Counted from the stretch's first letter, positions 20,812 through 31,360 are shown. The stretch: 64,000 nt of DNA from an uncultured Candidatus Rokubacteria bacterium (GCA_963754315.1 CAVWFS010000008.1:576001-640000), one strand, 5' to 3'. Program-made: numbers and translations. Notes: generated by a model not told the origin, from the letters alone.

Positions 20812-22912
20812 ATGCCGCGTTACGCCCTCGGGATCGATATCGGCGGGACCTTTACCGATATCGTCGTCTATGACCATGAGAGCGGGTCTCAGATCAGCCG
20901 GAAGGTCCTGACGACGCACGACGACCCGTCCCGGGCTGTGGCGACGGGGGTGGCCGGCATCCTTGCCGACGGTCGTCTCGAGCCCGCGCACGTCGGGCGG
21001 GTCGTCCACGCCACCACTCTTTTCACCAACGCCCTCATCGAGCGCAAGGGGGCGGTGACCGGGCTCATCACCACGGCCGGCTTTGCGGACAGCCTGGAGA
21101 TCGGCCGCGAGCGAAAGTACGAGCTATACGACATCAACGTCGAGAAGCCGGCTCCGCTGGTTCCGCGTCAGCTGCGGTTGGAGGTCAAGGAGCGGACCCG
21201 CTCAGACGGGAGCGTGCGGGAACCCCTGGACCTCGCCGAGATGGCGGCCCGCGCCGAGGAGCTGCTGGGAGCGGGGGTGACGGCAGTCGCAATCGTCTTC
21301 CTCCACGCCTATGCCAATCCGGGAAACGAGGCGGCGGCGCGCGCGCCTCATCGGCGAGCGCTTTCCCCACCTTCATGTGACGGTCTCGCACGAGGTCGCG
21401 CCGGAGATTCGCGAGTACGAGCGCGCCTCGACCACCGTGGCCAACGCCTATATCAAGCCGCTTGCCCACCGCTACCTCGCGCTCATGGCGGAACGGCTGA
21501 CCGCGCAGAGGATCCCCGCACCCTTGCTGCTGATGCTCTCCAGCGGCGGGCTCACCCACGTGGCCGAAGCACAGCGCACACCTGTCCAGATGCTGGAGTC
21601 CGGTCCGGCAGCGGGGGCGCTTGCCGCCGCCTTCTTCGGCAGCCGCGATAGCGGCGGGAAGCTGGTGGCCTTCGATATGGGGGGCACGACCGCCAAGCTC
21701 AGCCTCGTCGACGGCGGTGAGCCGCTCACCGCCTACAGCTTCGAGGCCGCTCGTCAGCGGCGCTTCGTCGAGGGTAGTGGGATGCCCATTCGCATCTCCA
21801 CGATCGAGCTGATCGAGATCGGCGCGGGCGGGGGAAGCATTGCGCACGTCGACGAGATCGGCCTGCTGAAGGTGGGGCCGAACAGCGCGGGCTCCCTGCC
21901 AGGCCCGGCGTCCTACGGTCTGGGCGGCGTGCAGGCCACCGTCACCGACGCCGACTTCATCCTGGGCTATCTGAACCCCGACTACTTTGCGGGCGGAAGC
22001 ATGAAGATCGACCTGGAGGCGGCGCGCGTGGCTCTGGGACTGCTCGCCGAGCGCGTCGGCCTCTCGATGATGGAGGTGGCGTGGGGCATCCACGACATCG
22101 TCAACGAGAACATGGCGAGCGCCGCCCGGGTGCATATCGCCGAGCGCGGCCGTGACCCGCGCGACTACACCCTGCTCTGCACGGGCGGGGCGGGACCGGT
22201 GCACGCTCATTCGGTCGCCGAGAAAATCGGCGTGCGTCGCGTCGTCTGTCCGCCCTCGGCCGGCGTGGCGTCGGCGCTGGGGCTGCTGGTGGCGCCAGCC
22301 CGAGTCGATCGGGTCGCTACCATTGGCATCCGGCTCGACCGCGGAGACTTGGGGGAGCTGGAAGTAGCCTTCCGTCGGCTGGAAGACGAGGCGCGGGCAA
22401 TCCTGTCAGCCAGCGGGATTTCACTGGGTGCCGCAACCTTCCAGCGTCTGGCCGACGGCCGGTTCCTTGGCCAGGGCTTCGACCTGGTCGTGACCCTGCC
22501 GGCAGGGCCCTACGACGGCCCGGACCGCGAGGCAGTGCGGACCGTGCTCCGAGCCGCCTTCGAGGAGGCGTACCGCGAGAAGTTTGCTCTGACGCCCCCC
22601 AACGTACCCGTCGAGTTCATCAACGTCCGGGTGGCGGCTCGGGCTCCGGTGGCGGGCGGCACGATCGGTCTCGACGGCCAGGCCCTGAAGACGGGCGGCA
22701 GTGCCGTGAAGGGGCAGCGTCCAGCGTTCTTCCGGAGCGCGGGCGGATTCGTGGAGACGACGGTGTACGACCGATCACGGCTTGTCGTCGGGCAAGAGTT
22801 CGAGGGCCCTGCCGTGGTCGAGGAGGAGGGGTCGACCCTCGTGGTTGGTCCCGGTGCTCGTGCGTCTGTGGCACCCACAGGCAATCTTGTCGTGTCCTTG
22901 CCCGGCCGGTAG
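20812..22912 (+). CDS. hydantoinase/5-oxoprolinase subunit A (HyuA-like); frameshift near 21345
   Basis: GIDIGGTFTD, HATTLFTNALIER, REYERASTTVANAY, ESGPAAG, DMGGTTAK, IGAGGGSIA, spread over two frames. Confidence 0.9.
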
Positions 22913-22987
22913 GCGTACCGTATCGGAGATTGGACATCGACACTCATGCGGGCCAGCGATAGGGTCGATCGGTCAGGAGAAGGCGAG

Positions 22988-23551
22988 ATGGCGGTGGAGC
23001 TGAAGCGCCGCCGCTTCACCATCGAGGAATACCAGCGCATGGGCGAGGCGGCCATCCTCGATGAGGACGAGCGCGTCGAGCTCATCGAGGGCGAGATCGT
23101 CGAGATGACACCGATCGGGCCTCCCCACGCCAGTGTGGTGGCCCGTTTGGTCGCGCTGTTCACGGCGCGGCTGGGTGATCGGGTTATCGCCTGGCCGCAG
23201 AATCCACTGGTGCTGCGACGACAGACATCGCAGTTCCAGCCCGACCTTGCGCTCCTGCGTCCCCGGCCGGACTTCTATGCTCGGCGCCATCCGGAGCCGG
23301 CCGATGCGGTTCTGGTCATCGAGGTGATGGACTCCTCGGTGGCCAGAGACCGGCGCATCAAGCTGCCGATCTACGCCCGGGGGAGAGTCGGCGAAGTATG
23401 GCTCGTGCACGCCGAAGCGGCCACCGTCGAAGTCTGCCGCCATCCCCACGGATCCGACTACCGCGATCGGCGCGTCCTGGATCGTGACGGATCGCTGGCG
23501 CCCCTCGCGTTTCCTGAACTCAGGCTCACGGTCCGGGATCTCGTCGGCTAA
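22988..23551 (+). CDS. Uma2-family (PD-(D/E)XK) putative endonuclease
   Basis: RRRFTIEEY..M...RVELIEGEIVEM.PIGPPH...QPDLALL...LVIEV.DSS...DR..KL.IYA..GV.EVWLV. Confidence 0.88.
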   Translation: MAVELKRRRFTIEEYQRMGEAAILDEDERVELIEGEIVEMTPIGPPHASVVARLVALFTARLGDRVIAWPQNPLVLRRQTSQFQPDLALLRPRPDFYARRHPEPADAVLVIEVMDSSVARDRRIKLPIYARGRVGEVWLVHAEAATVEVCRHPHGSDYRDRRVLDRDGSLAPLAFPELRLTVRDLVG

Positions 23552-23552
23552 G

Positions 23553-24740
23553 CTAACCGGCCAACGCGTTGAGCATCACCCCGAGGCCCACGCGGAGCCC
23601 CACCGCGAGACCCTCCTCGTTCATCTCGAACTCCGGCGCGTGATGCGGGGCGGGGCGGCCATGGGTGGGCGCGATGCCCACCCGGAAGTAGCAACCGGGC
23701 CGCTCGCGCAGGAACAGACACATGTCATCGCTCGCCATCACCGGGCGCCCGGGGCCGACTGCGCTGTCCCCGAGCTCGGCAGTCGCGCAGCCGTGAACGA
23801 AGGCCGTCTGGGCCTCGTGGTTGACCACGGCCGGGCAATGCATGTCACTGAGGTGCAGGGTTGCCTCGGCTCGATAGGCGTGCGCGACGTCAGCCGCGAA
23901 GGCACGAAGACGGGTAAGGATGTGGGTGCGCGCACCCTCGTCGAACGCGCGCAGGGTCCCGCGCATCACGGCGCTGACGGGGATGATGTTGTTCTTCGTT
24001 CCGGCTGTGATCTGCCCGACCGTGAGCACGACCGTTTCCTGAGCGGCAACCTCCTTGGCGACCAGATGTTGCATGCCGATGAGGATGTGCGCGGCCGCCG
24101 TCACGGGATCGACCGACAGGTGCGGATACGCGCCGTGGCCTCCGCGTCCCCGCACCTCGATCTCGAAGGCGTCGGCGGATGCCATGGTGGGCCCGGAGCG
24201 GACCATGGCGAAGCCCACCGGATTCTGGGTTGAGAGGTGCAGGCCGTAGATTTCCTCCACGCGAGGTTGTTCGAGCACTCCAGCTTCGATCATCGGGCTG
24301 GCGCCGCCCAGGACCTCCTCGGCGGGCTGGAAGATGAACACGGCCGTGCCGGAAAGCTCGGCTCGCCGTGCCGCCATCATCTCGGCCATGGTGATGCCGA
24401 TGGCCGTATGCCCATCATGTCCACACGCGTGCATGACCCCTTGGGTGCCCGACGTGAAGGGCGCGTCCAGGACCTCCGTGAGGGGGAGGGCATCGATGTC
24501 TGCGCGCCAGGCGATGGTGCGCCCAGGCCGGTCGCCGTGCAGGATGCCGACCACGCCCGTGCGGGCAATGCCGGTGCGCACCTCGAGCTTGGCAGCGTGC
24601 AGCCGCTCGGCGATGATCTCGGCCGTGCGCCGTTCCTCGAACGACAGCTCCGGATGACGATGAAAATCGCGGCGCAGTGCCACCAGCGACTCGATCCGCC
24701 GATCGATGTCCTGACTCCACGACGCATCGGTTTTGCGCAT
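23553..24740 (-). CDS. M20D family amidohydrolase
   Basis: RRDFHRHPELSFEE, RADIDALP, MHACGHDGH, FQPAEE, GRGGHGA.PH. Confidence 0.92.
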   Translation of the reverse strand: MRKTDASWSQDIDRRIESLVALRRDFHRHPELSFEERRTAEIIAERLHAAKLEVRTGIARTGVVGILHGDRPGRTIAWRADIDALPLTEVLDAPFTSGTQGVMHACGHDGHTAIGITMAEMMAARRAELSGTAVFIFQPAEEVLGGASPMIEAGVLEQPRVEEIYGLHLSTQNPVGFAMVRSGPTMASADAFEIEVRGRGGHGAYPHLSVDPVTAAAHILIGMQHLVAKEVAAQETVVLTVGQITAGTKNNIIPVSAVMRGTLRAFDEGARTHILTRLRAFAADVAHAYRAEATLHLSDMHCPAVVNHEAQTAFVHGCATAELGDSAVGPGRPVMASDDMCLFLRERPGCYFRVGIAPTHGRPAPHHAPEFEMNEEGLAVGLRVGLGVMLNALAG

Positions 24741-24769
24741 GGATCTCTCCTCGTGACTCGAATCCGCTC

Positions 24770-25552
24770 TCATCTGGCGGGGCTGGCGACGGTCACGCCG
24801 CCGTCCACGGGCAGCACCACGCCGGTAATGTAGCGCGCCTCGTCGGAAGCCAGGAAAAGCGCGGCATAGCCGATGTCCCAGCCCGTCCCTTCAATTCCGA
24901 GCGGCGAGGCTTGGCGTCGTCGCTGGCGTAGATCATCGCTCATCCCGCCGGCGTACACCATCGGGGTATAGACAGGGCCCGGCGCGATGCAGTTCACCCG
25001 GATTCCCTGGGCGGCGTGGTCGATGGCCATGGCCCGCGTGAGGGCGATGACTGCCCCCTTGGAGGTGGAGTAGGCAGTCAGCCCGCGAGGGCGCAGCGCC
25101 GAGATGGAGGAGATGTTGATGATGGCTCCGCCTCCGGTGCGAATCATGGCGGGAATGGCGTGCTTGCTGGTGAGCATCATGCTGGTGACGTTCACCTTCA
25201 TGATCTGCTCCCACTGTGTCTCGTCCATCTCCACCACGCTGCCGCGCCCGCCGATGCCGACGTTGTTGTCGAGGATGTCTAACCGCCCCCAGCGGCGGAG
25301 GGCATCGTCGACGAGCGCACGACATTCATCACCGCGCGTCACGTCGGCCACGAAGACGGCCGCCTCGCCACCCTCGGCCGCGATCATCGCCTCGGTGGCG
25401 GCGGCCGCCTCGCGCTGCTCATCGACGAGCAGGACCTTTGCGCCTTCGCGCGCGAACAGGATGGCGGCCGCGCGGCCGTTGCCGATGCCTTCGTTGCGCG
25501 ATCCTGCTCCCGTGACGATGGCCACCTTGCCGGCCAGCCGCGGTCCTGCCAT
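24770..25552 (-). CDS. SDR family oxidoreductase
   Basis: TGAGS...GIGNG, NNVG, YSTSK catalytic motif, IRVNCIAPG. Confidence 0.92.
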   Translation of the reverse strand: MAGPRLAGKVAIVTGAGSRNEGIGNGRAAAILFAREGAKVLLVDEQREAAAATEAMIAAEGGEAAVFVADVTRGDECRALVDDALRRWGRLDILDNNVGIGGRGSVVEMDETQWEQIMKVNVTSMMLTSKHAIPAMIRTGGGAIINISSISALRPRGLTAYSTSKGAVIALTRAMAIDHAAQGIRVNCIAPGPVYTPMVYAGGMSDDLRQRRRQASPLGIEGTGWDIGYAALFLASDEARYITGVVLPVDGGVTVASPAR

Positions 25553-25571
25553 GGATGGTTCTCCTATTGTG

Positions 25572-25655
25572 TTGGGGGGCCTCGAAAGGGCCCCCCAAGC
25601 CCCCCACACATTCGGGGCGCCCCGGGGGACCCGTGACGCCCTCTGGATCACGCCG
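25572..25655 (-). repeat. GC-rich palindromic intergenic element (copy 2, full-length, inverted)
   Basis: Reverse complement reads GATCCAGAGGGCGTCACGGGTCCCCCGGGGCGCCCCGAATGTGTGGGGGGCTTGGGGGGCCCTTTCGAGGCCCCCCAA, matching copies 1 and 3. Confidence 0.85.
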
Positions 25656-25757
25656 CTTCGGGGCCTGACTCCCGGACATCGCTCCGCGCTTCGGCCTCAT
25701 GCTAGCGCATTCGGGCGGCTTGACGGGGGTGCGGTGGGCTGGGTATAGGATGCGGCC

Positions 25758-26672
25758 ATGGAGATTCGACGGCCGACCGATCGTGTGGACTATGTACCCA
25801 TCACCGAGCGGCGGCCACTCCCGCTTCCCGATGGAGGGCGCATCGTCGTCTGGCCATGCGTCAATGTGGAGCACTGGGTCATCGATGAGCCGATGCCGCG
25901 GACCATCGTGAACCCCCCTGGGGGCGTGGCCCGGAGCGTACCCGACATCCCCAACTGGGCCTGGCACGAGTACGGTCAGCGGGTCGGGTTCTGGCGGCTG
26001 AAGGCCATCTTCGACGACTTCGGTGTGGCAGGATCGCTGGTCATGAACGCGTCCGTGTGCGATGCCTACCCTCAGATCGTGGACGCGTGCCTGGCCTCGG
26101 GCTGGGACGTCGTCGGCCATGGCTACATCCAGAAGGCGCTGCCGGCCATTGCGGATCAGCGCGAAATGATCCAGCGAACTCACCAACGAATCCGTGACTA
26201 CACGGGAAAGCCGCCACGCGGGTGGCTGAGTCCCGCGCTGGCGGAGACGCACGACACGGTCGACTGGCTCCATGAGGCTGGGTTCGAGTACGTGGCGGAC
26301 TGGGTGCTCGATGATCAACCACTGGATCTTCGCACCCGGCACGGCCGCCTGGTCAGCCTGCCCTACACTCAGGAGTTGAACGATCTATCCATGATCCTCA
26401 TCCAGGGTCACCGAGCCAGCGAGTACGCCGATCGCACCATCGACCAGTTCGAGCAGCTCCTCTCGGAATCCGAAGAGGCCACACGCGTGATGTGCTTCAC
26501 CCTGCACCCCTACATCATGGGCGCTCCCCACCGGGCCAAGCATGTGCGGCGGATCTTTCAGCACATCGGACACCGACGCGAGGTGAAGATCTGGACGGGC
26601 GAGCGGATCCTGGACTGGTACCTGGCCTGTCGCGACGCCGACGCGGACTCCCAGTCGCGGAAGTCGACATGA
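25758..26672 (+). CDS. polysaccharide deacetylase family, PuuE/allantoinase-like
   Basis: NVEHW...WHEYGQRVGFWRL...GHGY...PRGWLSP...DW..DDQP...LPYTQELND...LHPYIMG.PHR. Confidence 0.88.
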   Translation: MEIRRPTDRVDYVPITERRPLPLPDGGRIVVWPCVNVEHWVIDEPMPRTIVNPPGGVARSVPDIPNWAWHEYGQRVGFWRLKAIFDDFGVAGSLVMNASVCDAYPQIVDACLASGWDVVGHGYIQKALPAIADQREMIQRTHQRIRDYTGKPPRGWLSPALAETHDTVDWLHEAGFEYVADWVLDDQPLDLRTRHGRLVSLPYTQELNDLSMILIQGHRASEYADRTIDQFEQLLSESEEATRVMCFTLHPYIMGAPHRAKHVRRIFQHIGHRREVKIWTGERILDWYLACRDADADSQSRKST

Positions 26673-28285
26673 CAGGCTTCGATGCGGTGACGCTCGAAGT
26701 GCTGTGGACCCGCCTCATCTCGGTGGTGGACGAGGCCGCCAAGGCCATCGTGCGCACGTCGTTCTCGACCCTCTCCAACGAGGCCAACGATTTTGCCTGC
26801 GTGCTGACGGACGCGCGTGGCTTTGCGCTGGCTCAGAACACGGGGAGCATTCCCTCCTTCATCGGGACACTCCCCGCCACCGTGCGCCACTTCCTGCGCG
26901 AGATGGGGGTGGGGCAACTGCGACCGGGTGACGTCCTCATCACGAACAACCCGTGGATGGGCACCGGGCATCTGAGCGATGTGTGTCTGGTGAAGCCAAT
27001 CTTCCATGGCAACCGTTTGGTGGCGTTCTCGGCCACCACCTCTCACATGCCGGACATCGGCGGCCGCATCCGGGCCATCGAGGCCCGTGAGGTCTTCGAG
27101 GAGGGAGTGCACATCCCTCTCACGAAGTTCCTTCGTGAGGGGCAGCCGGACGACACCCTGATCCAGCTCCTCCGCGCCAATGTCCGCACACCAGACCAGA
27201 CCCTCGGCGACATCTGGGCCCAGGTGAGTGCCAACCAGCTGATGGACCGGCGGGTGGGGCAGCTGCTCGACGAGTACCGGCTCGAGAGCGTGGCCGACCT
27301 TGCCGACGAGCTCTTCACGCGGTGCGAGCGGGCCATGCGTGATGCCATCAAGAGGGTGCCCGACGGCACCTACCGCTTCGCCATGGATACCGACGGCGTG
27401 GATGAGCCTTACCACTTCGAGGTCGCCCTCACCGTGGCCGGTGACGAGATCGTGGCCGACTATGGGGGGACGTCCCCACAGCAGCCACGTGCCATCAACT
27501 GTGTGCTCGCCTATACGTACGCCATGACCGCCTACGCCGTGCGGTGCGCCCTGCTCCCCACCCTGCCCAACAACGAGGGAATGTATCGCCCGGTGACCGT
27601 GCGGGCCCCCGAGGGCTGCCTCCTCAACCCGCGCTTCCCCGCCGCCGTGGTGAGTCGCTCGAATACGGGCCACTACGTCCCGGTGCTCGTCTTCGGCGCC
27701 CTTCACCAGGTCGTACCGGAGCGCGTGATGGCGGGTGTCGGTTCGCCCTTGTGGGCCGTCACGCAATCCGGGGTGCGCGCGGACGGCGCGACCTACACGA
27801 ACGTCCTCTTCTTCAACGGCGGAATGGGCGCCACCGCGAACAAGGACGGGGAGAGCGTCCTGTCGTGGCCGAGCAACATCTCGTCGACGCCGGTGGAGGT
27901 TGCAGAGCGGAACAGTCCTCTGTTCTTTCACTACAAGCGCCTGCGTCCGGGATCGGGCGGCCAGGGCCGCTTTCGCGGCGGGCTCGGTCAGGACATGCTC
28001 ATGGAGAGCGAGTCCGCGTCGCCCATTGCCATGGTCTTCATGGCCGAGCGCACCACGTTCGGCGCCCCCGGCTTCGCGGGTGGGGTCGAGGGCGGGCGGG
28101 GTGACGTGCGGATCAACGGCAAGTCGATCAACCACCGTCGGCAGCACATCCTCAAGCTCGGTGATACGGTGCTCGTGCGCACACCAGGGGGCGGCGGCTA
28201 CGGCCCGGCCCGCGCGCGCGATCCCAAGCTCGCCCGGCGCGACCGCGCGCTCGGGTACGTGCGAGGGCGCGGTCGCCGCGGCTGA
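26669..28285 (+). CDS. hydantoinase B/oxoprolinase family protein (HyuB-like)
   Basis: DAVTLEVLW.RL...RTSFS...EANDF...GDVLITNNPW.G.GHLSD...HMPDIGG...GSGG.G.FRGGLG...TPGGGGYG. Confidence 0.92.
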   Translation: MTGFDAVTLEVLWTRLISVVDEAAKAIVRTSFSTLSNEANDFACVLTDARGFALAQNTGSIPSFIGTLPATVRHFLREMGVGQLRPGDVLITNNPWMGTGHLSDVCLVKPIFHGNRLVAFSATTSHMPDIGGRIRAIEAREVFEEGVHIPLTKFLREGQPDDTLIQLLRANVRTPDQTLGDIWAQVSANQLMDRRVGQLLDEYRLESVADLADELFTRCERAMRDAIKRVPDGTYRFAMDTDGVDEPYHFEVALTVAGDEIVADYGGTSPQQPRAINCVLAYTYAMTAYAVRCALLPTLPNNEGMYRPVTVRAPEGCLLNPRFPAAVVSRSNTGHYVPVLVFGALHQVVPERVMAGVGSPLWAVTQSGVRADGATYTNVLFFNGGMGATANKDGESVLSWPSNISSTPVEVAERNSPLFFHYKRLRPGSGGQGRFRGGLGQDMLMESESASPIAMVFMAERTTFGAPGFAGGVEGGRGDVRINGKSINHRRQHILKLGDTVLVRTPGGGGYGPARARDPKLARRDRALGYVRGRGRRG

Positions 28286-28300
28286 GACGAGATCCGGTCG

Positions 28301-28693
28301 CTACAGCCGGTCGGCCTGCTCGACGATCTTCCAGTAGGTATCCTTGTGGAGAATCTTGTCTCCCCGGAACTCGTAGATGTCGCACCCTCGGTAGTTGAGC
28401 CGCTCACCGTCCTGGCCGGCGCCGGTGACCGTCCACACGCTGACCGCGCGCTGGCCGGCGATGAAGACGTCGACGTGGTCCCAGCGCATGTCGGGGATGA
28501 CCTTGAAGCGCGCGGCCAGGACCCGGCGGATCGCATCCTTGCCATGCACGCGGCGACCACACGGCTCGGGGCCACGCGCCATCATGAAGGTGGCGTCGTC
28601 GGCGAAGAACGCCATGATGCGATCGACGTCCCGCGCGTTGAAGGCCGCATTGATATCTTTCATGAGGCTCGGGGTAGGACCGTCGGTACTCAT
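28301..28693 (-). CDS. NTF2/SnoaL-like protein
   Basis: AFNARDVDRIMAFFADD...GPEPCG...W...GCDIYEFRGDKI..KDTYWK. Confidence 0.82.
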   Translation of the reverse strand: MSTDGPTPSLMKDINAAFNARDVDRIMAFFADDATFMMARGPEPCGRRVHGKDAIRRVLAARFKVIPDMRWDHVDVFIAGQRAVSVWTVTGAGQDGERLNYRGCDIYEFRGDKILHKDTYWKIVEQADRL

Positions 28694-29916
28694 CGGCGTG
28701 CCGCCTCCTTGGCTGCCATCTTCTGCTTGAGCTCCTCGGGAGTCAGGCGCACGATGTCCTCGTTCTGGTGTGAGTAGACCTTGTAGCCTGCTGTGTCGAG
28801 GTCCTCCAGCTGGAGCCGACCCGTCAGGACGGCCTCCTTCCACTGCTGCTGCTCGCTCTCGCGAGCGTGGAACTCCGGCATCACCTCGCGCGCGAAAAGC
28901 TCCAGGCTCGCGCAAATGTCCTCGTGGGTGGCCATCCCCGCCTGGTTGAGCAGGATGACCTGGTCGACGTGGGCAGCTTCGAACTGACGCAAGGTCGCGC
29001 GGATGGTCGCCGGCGAGCCGATGAGGCCGCTGGCGAGGGCCTTCTGTGCCTGCTCGGTCTGTCGCCACTCCTGGTACAGCCGCCACATGTCGCCCTGGCC
29101 GGGGGCCGCGATACCGTGCTTGCCGTAATGGCTCAGGCAGAACACGAAGAACGTCCAGCCGGAGGCCTTGGCCCGGGCCTCCTCGTCGGTCTCGGCGCAC
29201 ATGAAGCCGCTCACCATGGCGATGTTGGGATTGGTCGGATACTCGGTGAGCTTGTTCAGGTGGCGAGTGATGTTGATGTAGTACTGGTGCACCCAGGCCT
29301 GGGCGGCGTCGGGCGACACGAACTGAAATCCGAGCGCGCCCATCCCCCACGTCCCGGCGCTGGCGATGGTCTGGATGTTCGAGCAGGCTACCCAGAGCGG
29401 CGGATGGGGCTTCTGAAACGGCTTGGGAATCACGTTGCGCGCCGGGAAGTCGAAGTGCGTCCCGTGCCACTCCCAGGACGTGCGCGTGAAGGCGGGCACG
29501 AGGGCCCTGACCGCCTCCTCCCATACGTCCCGCTTGGCCCGCACGCGGGCGCCGAAAGGATGAAGCTCAACCGGTCCCTGGCCTTCACCGAGTCCTAGCT
29601 CGACTCGTCCCCCGCTCAGGAGGTCGAGGGTGGCGACACGCTCGGCCACCCGGATCGGATGGTTGGTGGGGAGCTGAATGATGCCGTGGCCGAGCCGGAT
29701 ACGGCGAGTGCGTTGACTGGCGGCGCCGAGAAAGACCTCGGGCGCGGAGGAGTGCGAGTATTCCTCCAGGAAATGATGCTCGACCTCCCACGCGTAGTCG
29801 TAGCCGAGACGGTCGGCCAGCTCGATCTGGGTGAGCGAATTCTGCAGGAGCTCGTACTCGCTCCGTTCCGTCCACGGACGCGGGAGTTGATGCTCGTAGA
29901 AGATCCCGAATTTCAT
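28690..29916 (-). CDS. LLM-class flavin-dependent oxidoreductase
   Basis: MKFGIFYEHQLPRPW...ADRLGYDYAWEVEHHFLEEYSHSSAPE...VAERVATLDLLSGGRVE. Confidence 0.9.
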   Translation of the reverse strand: MKFGIFYEHQLPRPWTERSEYELLQNSLTQIELADRLGYDYAWEVEHHFLEEYSHSSAPEVFLGAASQRTRRIRLGHGIIQLPTNHPIRVAERVATLDLLSGGRVELGLGEGQGPVELHPFGARVRAKRDVWEEAVRALVPAFTRTSWEWHGTHFDFPARNVIPKPFQKPHPPLWVACSNIQTIASAGTWGMGALGFQFVSPDAAQAWVHQYYINITRHLNKLTEYPTNPNIAMVSGFMCAETDEEARAKASGWTFFVFCLSHYGKHGIAAPGQGDMWRLYQEWRQTEQAQKALASGLIGSPATIRATLRQFEAAHVDQVILLNQAGMATHEDICASLELFAREVMPEFHARESEQQQWKEAVLTGRLQLEDLDTAGYKVYSHQNEDIVRLTPEELKQKMAAKEAARR

Positions 29917-30001
29917 GCTCTCCTCAGTCGCCGCCGGCGCGCGCGGTAGAGCTACCGTAGACCAAGCGCGCGCGAAGAGGCAAGCAGGTATGCTGGAGGG
30001 G

Positions 30002-30958
30002 ATGCCGGTCAACGGGGACACCAGGCTCGGGCGACAGCTGGTGCTCGACGAGCTGTTCGATCTCTCGCTCTACCGCTGCCTCCGCGACATCGCCACCGGC
30101 AATCTGCGAACCGTCCTCGACCAGTTCATCACTGTGGAGAGTCGTCACCTCGCCTTCTGGCAAGGCTTCTTCGGTCTTCAGCTCACCACCCTTGACCTCG
30201 GCCGCCGGGTGAAGCTCGCGGTGATCCTTGGCCTGTGCCGGGTCCTGGGCGCGCCCGCCATCCAACTCGTCCTGGAGGCCATCGAGGTCTATGGGGTGAG
30301 GAAGTACCTCACCTTGTGGAACGCGCACGGCGCCGGCCCCTTGGGTTCGGCGGTGCGTGAGGTGCTCGAGGACGAGTTCAAGCACGAAGACGTCTTGGCG
30401 ACCGGCGAGGCGGCGCGCCGCATCAGCCCCGATCGGATCCGGAACATCTTCCTCGGCCTCAACGATGGTCTGGTGGAGATCCTGGGCGCGGTGAGCGGGT
30501 TCTTCGGCGCCTTCGGAAACGCGGCCACGGTTCTGGTGGCGGGGGCGACGGTGGCCGTGGCGGGGGCGCTGTCGATGGCGGCCGGCGCGTACGTCGCGAC
30601 CAGCTCGGAAGCGGAAGTCCGTGCCACCGAGAACGAGCGGCGCCGGTTCCTGGGAGAGCGCGTCTCGGAATCGGCAGAGGCACAATCGCCCGTGCGCGGC
30701 GGCATGATCGTAGGGATCAGCTACATGGCCGGAGCCGTCGTACCGTTGCTGCCCGTTCTGTTCGGGGCAAGCAATGCGCTGCCCTCGGTGCTGGTTGCGG
30801 GAGCCATGATCGTCATCGTGTCCATGCTGCTGGCCTTTCTGTCTGGCATGAACGTCAGGCGCCGCGTCCTGACGAACCTGATCATCATCGCGGCCGCCGT
30901 CGGCATCACCTACCTCATCGGACGAATGGTGAACGCTGTCTGGGGGATCTCTATCTAG
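30002..30958 (+). CDS. VIT1/CCC1 family metal exporter with N-terminal ferritin-like domain
   Basis: N-terminal E..D / ESRH / E / EFKH carboxylate-His pattern; C-terminal IFLGLNDGLVE...AGALSMAAGAYVA..SE VIT1 motif with transmembrane helices. Confidence 0.85.
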   Translation: MPVNGDTRLGRQLVLDELFDLSLYRCLRDIATGNLRTVLDQFITVESRHLAFWQGFFGLQLTTLDLGRRVKLAVILGLCRVLGAPAIQLVLEAIEVYGVRKYLTLWNAHGAGPLGSAVREVLEDEFKHEDVLATGEAARRISPDRIRNIFLGLNDGLVEILGAVSGFFGAFGNAATVLVAGATVAVAGALSMAAGAYVATSSEAEVRATENERRRFLGERVSESAEAQSPVRGGMIVGISYMAGAVVPLLPVLFGASNALPSVLVAGAMIVIVSMLLAFLSGMNVRRRVLTNLIIIAAAVGITYLIGRMVNAVWGISI

Positions 30959-30970
30959 GAGGAAAGATCA

Positions 30971-31360
30971 ATGACGACTGCGACTGTCAACGACGTCTCG
31001 GTGGCGTTCCTGGAAGCCTTCGCCGAGGGCTGGAACCGGCACGACGTCGATATCCTGATGACCTTCATGGCTGATGACTGCGCCTTCGAGACGACGGCGG
31101 GTCCCGAGGTGTGCGGCAAGCGTTATGAGGGGCGCGAGGCGGTGCGGCGAGCCTTTGCCAAGGTGTTTGCCCTGTTTCCGGATGCGCACTTTGGGCACGC
31201 CCGCCACTTCGTGACGGGTGATCGTGGCTGCTCCGAGTGGACATTCACCGGCACCGCAGGGGACGGCAAACGCCTGGAGGTCCTGGGCTGCGACCTTTTC
31301 ACGTTCCGGGACGGGAAGATCGCCCTCAAGTCGTCCTACTTCAAGAATCGCCTCGCTTAG
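30971..31360 (+). CDS. NTF2/SnoaL-like protein (TauX-like)
   Basis: WNRHDVDILM.FMADDC.F...GPEVCG...SEWTF.GT..DG..LEV.GCDLFTFRDGKI..K.SY.K; AGGAGG RBS. Confidence 0.82.
   Translation: MTTATVNDVSVAFLEAFAEGWNRHDVDILMTFMADDCAFETTAGPEVCGKRYEGREAVRRAFAKVFALFPDAHFGHARHFVTGDRGCSEWTFTGTAGDGKRLEVLGCDLFTFRDGKIALKSSYFKNRLA

Noticed and set aside
22988..23551. Uma2 nuclease as a defence or mobile system
   Set aside because: It is a solitary gene with no methylase, repeats or partner; such genes are commonly scattered in multiple copies.
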